64,000 nt of DNA from the NCBI GenBank assembly GCA_963514005.1, contig OY740782.1, positions 107,260,001 through 107,324,000 of the forward strand, written 5' to 3'. The position numbers were made by a program, and so were the translations under genes. The notes below the pieces were generated by a model, which was not told where the DNA came from, did not search any database, and worked only from the letters and a program-made list of their open reading frames with translations. The DNA is from Raja brachyura. Taxonomy: Eukaryota. Below, piece after piece: positions 1-12,332 of this stretch; position 1 is the first letter of the stretch; each line of letters begins with the position of its first letter.

Positions 1-365
1 TGATTGAGGTCTTTAAAATGATGAAAGGGATAGACAGAGTTGACGTGGATAAGCTTTTCCCATTGAGGGTAGGAAAGATTCAAACAAGAGGGCATGACAT
101 GAGAATTAAGGGACAGAAGTTTAGGGGTAACATGAGGGGGAACTTCTTTACTTGGAGAGTGGTGGCTGTGTGGAATGATCTTCCTGCAGAAGTGGTGGAG
201 GCAGGATTGATTTTAACATTTAAAAGTAAAGTAGATAGGTATATGGACGGGAAGGGAGGGGTATGGTCTGAATGCAGGTAGATAGGACTAGAGGAAAATA
301 AATGGTCGGCACGGACTGGAAGGGCCGAGAAGGCCTGTTTCCGTGCTGTAATTGTTATATGGTTA
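1..365 (+). mobile_element. CR1-type LINE 3' end (ORF2 C-terminus, 3' UTR, GTTATATG-type tail)
   Basis: ORF 18..281 has the CR1 C-terminal motif TRGH..K...F....R.NFFT.RVV.VWN.LP. It ends in aattgttatatggtt and is nearly identical to the reverse complement of about 17896-18270. Confidence 0.9.
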
Positions 366-815
366 CTCAACATTAATACTGATACATCCAATTTTATCTT
401 TTCCCCCTTAAATGGCAGTTTGAATTTTATCATATTATGGCCACTACCTCCTTGTGGTTCCTTTAATGTTAGCTCCCTAGTCAAATCTAATTTGTTACAC
501 AATACCAAATCCAGAATTGCTTTTTCAATATTAGGTGCGACTACAAGCTCCTCTATGGAACCATCTCGGAGGCACTCTACACTTCTCATGGTATCCAGTC
601 TGAATTGATTTTCTCAGTATACCTGCTTATATTGAAATCTCCCATGAGCACTGTAACATTGCCTTTCTCACATGCCAATTGTATCTCCTGATGTAATTTG
701 TACTTTACTTCCTGGCTACTGTTGGGCAGCCTATATATAATTCCCATCAGGGTCTTTTTACCCTTGCAATTTCTTAGATCTACCCACAAGGATTCTACAT
801 TTTCTGATCCTGTCA
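366..815 (-). mobile_element. CR1 LINE endonuclease-domain fragment
   Basis: ORFs 586..918 (ESLWVDLRNCKGKKTLMGIIYR, MGDFN) and 80..589 (ILDLVL, GSGHNMI) match the APE endonuclease of the CR1 at 14322. Confidence 0.85.
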
Positions 816-819
816 TTCC

Positions 820-1350
820 TTCCCACCTGCCCGTCTTTGCGACTGGGGACTGAGCACCCAGCTTTGAGGTGCTGATGGTTACCCAGGAGGAAATACTATT
901 GCCATTCCAACTGATCATGGTCTGCGATGAGAAAATTGAGGATCCAGTTCCATAGGACTGAGCAAGAGACCTAGTTCCCAGAGTTTATAAAAGGTTTGGA
1001 GGGTTAATAGTGTTGAAAGCCGCGCTGTAGTTGATGAATAGCAGCATGACATATTGTCCAAGTGGTCCAGTGGAGAGCTAGCAACATCTCATGCCCTGTT
1101 TACCTGTTGTGGCAGTAGGTGAATTATAATGGGTCCAGGTCCTTACGAAGGCAAGAATGGAAATATATCATAACCAATCACTTGATCACCATGGATGTTA
1201 GTGCCACTGGTCGGTAATCATTGTAGCATGCCAATTTACTCTTCTTGGGCATCGGTCTTATTGATGGCCTTTTATAGCACCTAGGAACTACTGATCTTAG
1301 TAATGAGAGGTTGACGATGTCTGTAAAAGCTCCAGCCAGTTGGTCCATGG
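820..1350 (-). mobile_element. Degraded Rex1/Babar-like LINE RT fragment
   Basis: The reverse strand resembles the Rex1-like RT segment at 62450-62960. Heavily decayed. Confidence 0.55.
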
Positions 1351-2594
1351 TATCTAGTTATGTATGATTGCAGCAGATGTAATGTGGTGGGAGATAAGAC
1401 TGAAAAAAGTAATCAAGAATATTTAATACAATTTATTCAGTTGATATATGCTGAGTTGAGATTGCAGACTTGATGTGAGGCCAGATGGGATGTGGCCTAC
1501 ATGAAGAAGTTGCACCTTGCAGTCAAGAGATTGGTGGGTGCAAAACTCCTTAATAATTTGCATTTAAAATTGATTGAATTTAAACCATGTGGCATAGTGA
1601 TGCTGCAGGGAGTCATATGTTACACCTCCAGCAAATTTGATTTGATTCTGATCGCTGATATTGTGGGTAGAGACTTTGCAGGTCCTCCCTATAATTCCAT
1701 GGTTTTCCTCCACATGCTCCAGTTTTCTCACAAATCTCAAAGAAGCGTAGGCATTTAGGTTAAACGGGCTACGCTAAATTGGCCATAGTGTTTAGTTAGG
1801 AGAGTCAAGGGGTTGGCTATGAGCATATATGGGAAAATAAAACAGGAAAATTATGCAGAGAGCCAGCATAAATTAATGGTGAAATAGCCACCTCTTATGT
1901 GAAAAAAGGCATGAGAATTATAAATTATAATTTAGATGTACTGGGAAAAATATGTATATGAATGCAATAGTTAACAAGGGCAACTTCCCATATGCAAAGA
2001 AGCTCAACTGAATGCAAAGGTTTAGTTGCTTTTTACGGGTGAAGCGATGGACTTTATTATACCAGATATTGCTTATTAGTTGAGAGTTATGGCTTCCAAT
2101 AAAGGATGATCTGTTTATAGCTTTTCCTCCATCAATACGTTTGCAGCAATATAAAAAAACTAACAGATACTGGCAAATTGCATATCTGCAAATAATACTG
2201 TACTGTCAGCAAAGCATGGGGATGTCAATCTAGACTGAGCACTATTTTGTTCTGTTGTTTATTTAACAGTTCTGGCCATAGATTTCAAGGATCATAAAAT
2301 GTGATTTAGTCAGATTAATCCCAACTAATTCCCGTTGTCCCATCATAATTACTTTTATGTTCTACAAGTTTAACCTGGTTGCTCATCTCTACTTCTACAA
2401 CCAAGTGGTCATTTTCATAATATTGATCATGCTGGGCAGGAAGAAAAAAAATTATTTAAATTTATTAAAAAAACATGTATTAGATTAGGAAATCTTTGTT
2501 ATGGATCAACTGATATGTTGAAATAATAGAGCATTGCACACAGCTGCAATTAATATTTCTCTTTCATTTCTGTCCTTATTTTTAGCAAGATGCT

Positions 2595-3830
2595 GGAAAC
2601 ATAGAAAAACAGACCCATTTGAGCCAGCACCACCATTCAATATGATCCTGGCTGATCATATAAAATCAGTACCCCATTCCTGTGTTCTCCCCATATTCCT
2701 TGATTTCTTTAGCCCTTAGAACTCGTTTCCTGATGTTATCATTTGCAGAATACGCATGTTGTCTTTAACATGTCATCAGCCAGCAAATTCAGCATGTGAA
2801 GAGCACTGTAAATCTGCTGAATTTAATTGTCAATTCTAAAAAAAAAAGCATTTTATCATTTGCTTCAGGGTTCTTTTGTCTTAGTTTGGTAGAACCAGTT
2901 CAGTCTTGCAGTCGGTTGTGCAACTAAATATTAACAATGCAGTAACTGTTTGTAATCAATATAATCTATGGTTTAACATGTGGCTTAACAGGGTGGGATT
3001 GTACGTAGTGAAGATGGTTGTCAAATTTCGCAGCAGGATCTTGGTGAGCTGAGGAATGGCTGATGTAATTTAATACAGATAAATAAAAACATAGAAAATG
3101 GTAAGTGTTGAGTTTAGGTGTTAACATTGCCCATTAAGAACCAAAATCAGGAGAAAGTTATTCACCCAGGGTGCAGTGAACCTGGGGAATTCTCTAGGAC
3201 AGAAAGGAGTGGAGGCATGGAACATTTTTTTTAATTTTGAAGGAACAAGGGATATGGAAGAATATACCAAGATGAATCAACCATGACCATTTTGAATGAT
3301 GAAGCATTGATACAATGGATGTGAAGAGGATAGGCGTGATGTAATAGAGTTATGCAGTGAGGGTCCTGTGGTCCAACACATCCATGCTGACCAAGGTACT
3401 TACCAGCATTAGTTGTATTTGCTGCCTTTGGCCCATATTCCTCCAAACCTATTCTATCCATGCACCTGTCCAAATGTTATTTTTAAACATTGCACTTGCA
3501 CCTGTATGCAGCAGTTCTTCCATATAGTCTATGTGAAAAACAAGTCCCCTTTAAATCGTTCCCCTCTCATCTTAAACTGAAACCTAGTTCTTGATTTCCC
3601 TACGATGAGAAAAGGACTGTGACTATCCACTTTATCTGTGCCCCTCATTATTTGGTAAAACTCCATTGCCCCTCAGCTGCCTTTGTTCCAGGTAAAACAG
3701 CCAGAGCCCATCTATGTTCTTCTAAATCAAGCCCTCCAATTTGGTAACATGCTTATGAATCATTTCTAAACCCTCTCTAGCTTACTCACACCCTTCCTGC
3801 AGTATGATGACCAGAACTGCTCCGGAAGTG
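2595..3830. mobile_element. Cluster of old CR1 3'-end fragments in both orientations
   Basis: CR1 3' UTR-like motifs at about 2600-2720 (-), 3040-3330 (+) and 3340-3830 (-). ORF 3231..3473 includes MDRIGLEEYGP. Confidence 0.6.
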
Positions 3831-4392
3831 AGGTGATGTAGATACAGACCACTTGCAATACAATAACCACTTGTTAGTTATGAGTTCTTGAGATGCGGGG
3901 TAATTTAAATTTGCATCCGAATCAAAAACCCATTTTTCAAATCTAGTTTCCAGTTCCTCTCCCACCCACCTGCAGGTCGCAAATGACACAAAATCTGGTT
4001 CAAGTCAGTGGAATCCTAATCCATTATCCCAGGATCCAAAATCTAAAAGAGATGAATAATTTTCCTTTTTTTTCAGATTGCTGGAGCAGATATTTGCTAT
4101 TCAATTACTTTACAAGCTCACCAATCAGAGAAGGTAACCTCCAACCAATTGCTGACCGCTGGCAAGTGTAGTCTCTCTAGTGTAGTCTCTCTCATTTTTT
4201 TGTCTCTGTCAGCAATTTAAGAAATTGCAGTGTGCTTTTATTTGAACAAACTGAGAACATGAATCAAAAGGGAAATATGTTATTTGCAGTGCAAACTAAA
4301 TTTCAATTGTCAGGTCTGTTGCTACTTATTACATAATTTTCTTTCACATTATCTGCTTTGCTTCTTGTTCATGAGGCATATTTATAAACATT

Positions 4393-4398
4393 TTTATT
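4393..4398 (-). promoter_or_regulatory. Candidate distal poly(A) signal (AATAAA) for SEMA5A
   Basis: TTTATT on the + strand, within unique AT-rich sequence whose minus strand is TGTA/T-rich like a 3' UTR end. A TGTAAATA motif lies at 4435-4442. No transcript evidence. Confidence 0.3.
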
Positions 4399-6504
4399 TT
4401 TGATGGTCACACACGGTTCTGGTTCAAGAAACATTATTTACATTTAGCTAAAATACAAAAATATAATACAATTATTTTACATTGAGATTGTGCTGAAATA
4501 CATTGCATACATATTACTTCATACACAGCAACAATAGACCAATTGGCACTCCACTGGGCAGTATTGAACATTTTCCAGCAAAAGTTCCATCACCCCAAGG
4601 AGCAGTTCTTTAGAAGTTCCAGCAGGTATTTGTACACAGTAAAGTTAATGTTTCTTTTCTCTTAATTTCTCCCTGTAGGATTTGCTAAATCAGGTGTGGA
4701 CTATGGTGTACTGTGTGTTTTTTGCAGGTCTTTTTCCAAAGATTAGGTGCCAGATGGTGCTCAATGCCGGAGCCTTGTGCCGAATTAGCAATTTTGTTTT
4801 CCACGCAAATCATATCAAAAACAAACTACTATTATTGTAGTCGTATCCCAATTAATACTGTTACAGGAAGCTCCAAAACAGTGGCTGCCATAGAAAACTA
4901 TGTGCATGACTAAAATTACGTGTCTTTTTCACAATTGTTTTGTGTTTCCATATACCATCTGGAAAAAAAGTGCAGTGATCTTTTGTATGAATATTTAATA
5001 ATTTTTGCTATTTTTTCCTTTGAACAGATTTAATTTGCAATATCTGTTGATTTTAGTTCTGCCTCTTTAATTGTCTGGGAAGATGAGAGTTAATTTTGCA
5101 TTTGAGGATCAGGCCTATCTGAAGCTGAAGTAGGCACTTACTGACTAAGGAATTGACTGCTTTGAGTTCTGGTCACTTATTGAAATGTGGTTTAAACATA
5201 TTTTCATCGCACAACAGTGAAGTATAAGCTATTTAAAACTCTGAGTGAGCATGCTAGTGATTACTGTGGCTTTTTTTTGGGGGTGGGGCAATTGGAACAA
5301 ATGTACCATTAAGGTATAATTTGAATGTTCATATGAAGTGGTATGTATTTTTAATTTTACTCCAATTGAATGATAAAATCACAAGCGTTAATAACAAAGA
5401 TGGAGGTACAATGGTAAGGGATGAAGTTTGTCATCTAGTAGTGAACTGGCAGATCCATGAAGAGTTACTCAATTATTTGCTCTCTGCTTACCTGATACTG
5501 CAGTCTAGTTCTAAAGACAATGGTAAGAGCCGAGATTCACCTCAGTAAGTCACATGCTGCTTTCCATCAAATTATTTTACGGATGTAAACTAAGCACCGA
5601 AAGCAGTTAGCAAATTATTACTAAGTGTAAAAGTGCCCTAACAATATTTTTTTAAATGCACACATTGGAAACGATATGTAAATGTTGCGCAGCCTAAAAG
5701 GCTGAAACTACCGCCCTTTGTATAAACAATTGGAGTCACAACATTTGATGGATTAAGTTAATAACACAGCTCTTATTCCAAACAGTTTTAGGTAAAGCCA
5801 AGTAGATTAGAAAGATGCATGAAAATTAGTCGGTATATGTGAATTCCCATGCTTCACTTTTAGTAGGCATGCTAGTGGTTTTTGTTTTATTTCGGCTACC
5901 CTGCATAACTGTATCACTAAAGTGCGATCATTTGGTCTGTGGCATGTCTGACATTCAAAGATATGAATCATTATAAATTGCAACTTTTTAAAAGCTGTAT
6001 TCACAGTATAGTGGCTTCTTAGAAACAAGGGGAAATTTGTTGGATTTTTTTTGCACATAGTTTAACATTCACAGATAGAGATCTATGTCTAACTGTTGTC
6101 CTATGCTTTGTCACTAGAGGAGCTGTGTTAGCTGAGGAATTTCCAAATGTATCAGCAAAGAGTACAAGGTGTGGGATCGAGTGTTCAACTTCACTTGGAT
6201 ATAGAAAATAAGTACAGCTGGAAATCCATATTTGCCATAGCTGATTCAAGAGGATTATCAGTCCGTATAAATATCAAATTACATACAAAATAATTTGGCA
6301 ATAGCATATAACACTTGTTCATGTTAGTTATCCCATGGATTCTCACCCAAAATGATGCTTTACTTAACATTCTTCACAAAAAGTCAAGCCACTTTTAACA
6401 ATCAATTATGGTATCACCATTAAATTATCTGTTACATTTACCAATTTTGGTGAAGAGAAACCTTGTTTTACCTCCTAAATAATAATAGTAGTCAAATCAC
6501 AACA

Positions 6505-7870
6505 AAATACAAAGTGCAGTAAGAACTCAATGGGCCTGGCAGCATCTGCAGAGGAAATAGGCAGACAGCATTTTGGGTGGGGACCCTTCAGACTGATAGG
6601 ATTAGTGAGAAAAAGGTGGGGGTAGGGCAAAACCTGGCAATTGAAAGGTGGATAGACACAAAAAGGTGGAGTAACTCAGTGGGACAAGCAGCATCTCTGG
6701 AGAAAAGGAATGGGTGATGTTTTGGGTCGAGACCCTTCTTCAGTGGGTTTCGACACGAAATGTCACCCATTCCTTCTCTCCAGAGGTGCTGCCTGTCCCG
6801 CTGAGTTATTCCAGCTTTTTATGTCTATCTTCAGTTTAAATCAGCATCTGCAGTTCTTTCTTGCACAATTGATAAGTGGATGTGGGTAAGGTGGGTGATT
6901 CGTAGATGGGTGGATAAATGATGAAGGCTGGGGCTGAAGAGGAATCAAAAGCATGTCCAATAGAAAAATGAGGTGTGAAAAGTCAAGCCAGAGGGAGGGG
7001 TCTGCGGTTGAGTGGCGGAGAAAGGAAATATGGGACACGGGGATGGGAGAGGAGCATTCTGAGGAAGGTGACTGAGGCGGTGTGGGGACAGGGAAAGTGA
7101 AAGAGTAGGGGTGGAATTACTAGAAATTGGAGAATGCATTTACATTGGGATGCAAGTTGTTAAAGTGGGCGGGCTAAGGCTAGAGATGAAAAAGAGACAA
7201 AAGTGTGTCCGATAAACGGAATATGAGTGCTTCCAGTTTACCTTTGGCCTCGCTCTGACAAATGTAGGAGGGTCAAGGACGGAAAGATCGTGCCCAACAG
7301 ACCCTGGCAGACAGAATACAAGTATTTGGTAAAAATGTTTGCCCATTCTAAGCTTGTTCCTGCTGAAGAAGGCCACATAGGGAACACAGAATGCAGTAGG
7401 CGTGTGCGCATCGGGGTGAGAGGTTGGGGGAAAATAAGGGGCCCCAATGCGTCCACCTTTCTCCCTTAATCCTGGTAACCCTTTGTGCTCCTCCATAAAC
7501 TTATCTTGCACCCCACACCTTACCCTCCCACCTCCCATTTCACCATGTCTTCCCAATGTCGTTTTTATCGCTATCCCTCACTCTGGATTTATATTTTACT
7601 CCTTTCCTTATCTGACACCTTTTTCATCTCTAACCTTTGTCACTATCTCCACCCATCTGCTAACCCCCCCCCCCCCCCCCACTTGTAACACTTGCCAGGC
7701 TTTGTCCCGCCACCATCTCTCCTTTCCAGCTTTCTCCCCTTCACTAATCTCAAGAAGGGTCTTAACCCAAAATGCAAGTGTCATTTTCATCCACCAATGC
7801 TGCCTGAACTACTGCATTTTTCCAGCACTTTGGTTTTTGCTCAAGATTCCAGTATTTGCAGTTTATTGCC
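6505..7870. mobile_element. Penelope-like element remnant: inverted pair of terminal repeats (minus 6505-7400, plus 7450-7870)
   Basis: Purine-rich and pyrimidine-rich mirror halves, a GIY-YIG C-terminal remnant (RARPKVNWKH, same as at about 29500), and terminal-repeat ends carrying gggtc..accc/gaaa motifs. Confidence 0.7.
6654..6865 (+). mobile_element. Penelope-derived fold-back insertion with 16-bp TSD
   Basis: Inverted arms agacacaaaaaggtggagtaactcag... / ...ctgagttattccagctttttatgtct. Flanks CAATTGAAAGGTGGAT (6638-6653) and CAATTGATAAGTGGAT (6866-6881). Confidence 0.85.
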
Positions 7871-8661
7871 TCCTCTCTAGTGAAAGAACAGGAATGGATT
7901 ACGTTGAAACATGACTACTGAAAATATTATTTTTCTCATAAAGGGAAAATGAGAAAATGTTAAATGAGATTCGTCATTTAATTGAAATTGCTAGAAATAT
8001 TCAGATATTAGCTATTTGATCTAATCCAGTCTATTCAGATGAGATGGGATCTGTGGAAAGAGAAACAAGATTGAGGGTTCAGGTCAGTGAACTTCCATGC
8101 AAATATGTTGTCAGGGGTCTGAAATTTATGTGGGTGCAGACCTTTCTTTGATCTGAAATGTTACACATTGTTTCCCTCTCTTTCTATTCCCCACAGATGC
8201 TGCCTGATCCGATCTTTTACAATATTTTTTCACTTTTATTCCATTACTCTTTTTTAACTTATTGCCTGTCATGTGAAATGATCAAGGTGTGATTATTGTT
8301 TTGGTGGATTGTCAACTACGGGGAGAAAAAGTTATTTTGCAAGGATTTCCACTTTTTTTTCTTGTGCGGTTTCTGTAGTAGTGGCAGAAAAAATTGCACG
8401 GCTAGAAATTCTTCACATTGGGGAAAGATGCAATTGGCCCCTTTAAATTTACAAATAGGGCCCTATTTAATAAATAGCTTGTGCCATTTGTGGGGTTTTT
8501 GTCAAGGCAAATTAATTTTAGGCAGGTTTGACATCAAAATGTGCAAAGCAGCTGATTGACAGCACTGCGCACAAATGCACCCCATCCACATTGATGCCTC
8601 AGGTCAAAATTGTGAGAGTATGCAATGCACATACTAATGACTCATTATGTATAATGTTTTG

Positions 8662-8950
8662 CAGAACCAGGGGCCACAGTTTAAGAATAAGGGGTAAGCC
8701 ATTTAGAACGGAGGTGAGGAAACACCTTTTCACACAGAGAGTTGTGAGTCTGTGGAATTCTCTGCCTCAGAGGCCGGTTCTCTGGATACTTCCAAGAGAG
8801 AGCTAGATAGGTCCCTTAAAGGTAGCGGAGTTGGGGGATATGGGGAGAAGGCAGGAATGGGGTACTGATAGTGGATCAGCCATGATCACATTGAATGACG
8901 GTGTTGGCTCGAAGGGCCGAATGGCCTACTCCTGCACCTATTGTTTTTAT
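8662..8950 (+). mobile_element. CR1 LINE 3' end
   Basis: ORF 8528..8806 contains RTRGHSLRIRGKPFRTEVRKHLFTQRVVSLWNSLP, followed by the 3' UTR ggctcgaagggccgaatggcctactcctgcacct. Confidence 0.9.
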
Positions 8951-9174
8951 ATGAAATGTACTGTGCTTAACAAATTTTGCAACACAAGACAATGTCATTA
9001 TTTCAGCTGCTGACCTGATTTGGAAGCATAGAGTTGATAATTACCAGTTCAATTTTCAATACATTTCTGAGTTTGCTAGCTGGCAACATGCTACTTATGC
9101 TTTCATATACATATTATATGGGAAATATTTTAACAAATTTGTAACAAATTTAACCCAGATATAGGAATGATATA

Positions 9175-9442
9175 AGACAAAAAATGCTGGAGAAATTCAG
9201 CGGGTGAGGCGGCATCTATGGAGAGAAGGAATAGTCGATGTTTCGGGTCGAGATCCTTCTTCAGACTGATGTGGTGGGGTGGGGAAAAAAGAAAGGAAGT
9301 AGGAGGAGACAGTAGGACTGTGGGAAAACTGAGAAGGGGGAGGGGAAGGAGGGAGAAAGCAAGGGATATCTAAAATTAGAGAAGTCAATGTCCATACCAC
9401 TGGGGTGTAGACTACTTCATACCGCTGTGGTGTACACTACTT
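9175..9442 (-). mobile_element. Penelope terminal-repeat fragment
   Basis: Same agacaaaaaatgctggag...cagcgggtgaggcggcatct...gggtcgaga..cttcttcagactg unit as at 27970-28110. A 25-bp tandem duplication (9393-9417, 9418-9442) sits at the truncation point. Confidence 0.8.
9232..9269 (-). ncRNA. Putative minimal hammerhead ribozyme core in a Penelope terminal repeat
   Basis: Minus strand reads TCAGT-CTGAAGA-AGGATCTCGACCC-GAAA-CATC-GACTA (CUGANGA, stem II, GAAA, NUH). Activity unknown. Confidence 0.5.
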
Positions 9443-10631
9443 TGTATTGATATTGCAGATTACACTAAAATAATGCACAATGGCATCTGATGAGAACATT
9501 TAAAACTGAAAAAGTGGAACCCCCCTCTGCTATTATAGGATTTGCAAAATGTCAAGGGTTCAATAGAGAAGTTGCTGTTATCTTGATTCTCTATTAAAAG
9601 CTTATTAAATGATAATTTGTTGACTAAATTAAATTGTCGCACATCTGCTAAAATTTTAGCATAACACTGAATATAATGTAAAACACAAAACTCACATCTG
9701 ATACAGAGCTGCCAGAAGCCCCATAAAACACAACAATCAGGCAGAAAATTACTCTGCAGCTACAGTAATATATCTCATGCAGAAAATACTGACTTGGAAG
9801 CAATCTGAATCTGCAACTATAGGACCCTCTACACAAAACCAGAAACAGGATAATTAGCCTAAATGCAGCTAAGCTGCAAGTATTTACAGCAGGTGGACTG
9901 TACCAAAGTCACTTTTATATTCAGCATTACAGTTATTAATGCAGTCAATAGGTCCACTGACCATGTTGTTACGCTATATGCAGTTAACCATTTGCACTAT
10001 GCATATGTTTGGTCAGTTATTTACAGTTTGAGGTTTAACATGGAAAATCCTTTCATGATTGTCTGCATTCTCATACATTAAAATTAAACTGGTGAGTAAT
10101 GAGCCACATTTAAGATCAGCTTTTTCACTAATTTGGAAAAATTGAAGAAGAATAAACTTCGATCGACAAGTTGCAGCTGGCTGGGCCTTTGGAATGGCAT
10201 GAAGTGGGCAACATTGAACACTCCTAGTATTACAAAGCAGACTGCCACGATCCCATATGAGCACCACAGAAACGTGTTCCATTTGTTACAACTTTCTTCC
10301 AATAACTCAATGAATTAATTCTGGTTCTTGCTGCCACATCATTGGACTCGGTAAAACACATAATTCATCAACTATCAATGTTGTGTTCACAGGCACTGTT
10401 TGCATTGGTTTACTTATTTTATAATACTCATTTTCATCTTCACTTCTACCACTGCAGAACAGAACAGGTTAGTTCCAATTTGGCTGAGAATTCACCATCC
10501 CCTGGATCATTTCTGGTGCTAACATTGCAGATGAGCAAAAGGCAAGAATGGAAATATCGATCTCATCTTCAGTCCAGATTCAAAAAGGGGATCTTATTTG
10601 TAGTCCAGTCTAACATGAGATTTTGTTCGCT

Positions 10632-10751
10632 CTAATAGTCATCATACATATTTAGGTCTGTGAAATAGGTGTTGGAGAAAGACTTTGGATGTATCTGTGG
10701 GTTGAAGTATTTATTTCTTTCTTCAAGGATCAAGTTATTTTTGTTGAAGGC
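10632..10751 (-). CDS. SEMA5A: Semaphorin-5A last coding exon (cytoplasmic tail)
   Basis: ttttctAG|GCC TTC AAC... translates AFNKNNLILEERNKYFNPQIHPKSFSNTYFTDLNMYDDY*, with TAG at 10634-10632. This matches the SEMA5A C-terminus as I recall it. Not in the ORF track. Confidence 0.96.
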   Translation of the reverse strand, partial: AFNKNNLILEERNKYFNPQIHPKSFSNTYFTDLNMYDDY

Positions 10752-11723
10752 CTAGAAAATAAAGATAATGCTTATTACTACTGTCTAGGCAGTATAACTT
10801 GCACTGTACTCACTGTACCACTTTGAAGGGTTTCAAATTTTAAGTCCTATTTTTAAAACCAGAAATGCACTTCCCACCCAGCAGCAACTTTTACTCTTGT
10901 CACAATGCTCATTTCCTGCATTCAATAGTGATTACATTTGATTAGCTTTGGCAATATAGAACATTTGCAACTAATAATACATTATATAACGCAGTGCGTT
11001 CAAAATTCAGCTTAACGTGCACATTCTACATACCTCAATCCCGTAAACCGATTAGATCATTCGCCAATCAAAATTTGAACATGAATCCAACAAATTTAAA
11101 CTTTTTTTCAAAAATTCCTGCCAGTGTTTCTTAAAAAAAAAAGGAATTAACTACCCTTTTTCCTCGAATATACTCATGGGCAATTTTCACCTTAAACAAC
11201 AAAGATAAAAGGGTAAAGTGAACGGATTGGTCTCTTATTTCTATCCTACCACATCAATGTGTATATAAATACTACAAACTACATTGCTCTGCCATTCCAG
11301 CAATGAAATACTGCAATCTAACACTGCTCTCTCCCTATTATTAAAGGACAACGAGGAAATATTTTGATGCTATAAACACCAAATTCTATAACAATTCAGA
11401 AGAATACCAATAAGTTTTCATAATTAGGAAGAGAAATTTACTTGGAGCAAAATGCCCCTTAAGTCTAACATGATAGCTTCAGTTGTGTAATTTCTCTCGT
11501 GCAAATCATTAGTGGTAGAGGAAAGTAAGTTATCTTCACTTTTCAGGTTTCTGTATAAAAATATAAACACAGCAGGGAAACTATTTTTGTTGTCTTACTT
11601 TCACAATAAGCTATCTAGGCCTGGTAACATCAAACCAGAATATTAGTTGCTTGGTTTGATATCCGATGACTATGCCAAACTGCATGTAATAAAAAGACAA
11701 ATTTAAAAGCCGGAATACCTCAC

Positions 11724-11935
11724 CTTAATGGCTTCCACAGAATCGTATTTATCGAGTTTATTGACGTGGTTTGTGATGCTGGTGTTGAGGGGAACTGCAG
11801 AAATTGGATGGATAACAGTGGCATCATGGGACTGCCGTTGATATCGCTGACAGTAAGTATATACGAGTAATGTTAGGAGACAGCCTAAGATGGAACAACT
11901 GAGTCCCACAGCAATCATATGGAACATGTTGAATT
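11724..11935 (-). CDS. SEMA5A: Semaphorin-5A transmembrane exon
   Basis: tttgcAG|AA TTC AAC ATG ... ATT AAG|GTGAG; 212 nt, phase 1 to 0; EFNMFHMIAVGLSCSILGCLLTLLVYTYCQRYQRQSHDATVIHP...SVEAIK. Confidence 0.97.
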
Positions 11936-12016
11936 CTGCAAAGAATTATAAAATAAATTCAGTTGAGTACTCCTTAAACAGGGTCTGAAATTGCTGACCA
12001 GGAATTTAGAACTTAC

Positions 12017-12061
12017 CGCCACATCTTCTCTCTGCTGAACTGGACTTAGCAATGTATACTT
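12017..12061 (-). CDS. SEMA5A: Semaphorin-5A 45-nt juxtamembrane exon
   Basis: cctttAG|AA GTA TAC ... TGT GGC G|GTAAGT; EVYIAKSSSAERRCG; phase 1 to 1, joining its neighbours in frame. Confidence 0.93.
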
Positions 12062-12332
12062 CTAAAGGAATAATTGAAGACAATGTTTTAGAATTATTTA
12101 CATTTAAAAAGTACTGTCATTTTCAAAAGAAACATTTTAAAATCCTGTCAACAATCCTCTCTCAATGGGCCAGTTAATCTATCATTTTAACCTAAGAAAC
12201 TTTTGTCTATCTTGTCTATTGAGCTACCTGATCCAATCTGTCACAATGAAGATTAGTATCAGTGTTGAGTGAAATAGTGAACCTGTTCCTACGTATTTTC
12301 CAATAACTTTGCCCAGAAGGAGCTATTAAGTA

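Noticed and set aside
6588-7914. Dense overlapping ORFs as a small host gene
   Set aside because: These are low-complexity purine/pyrimidine-skewed translations of Penelope terminal repeats, with no splice structure or domain.
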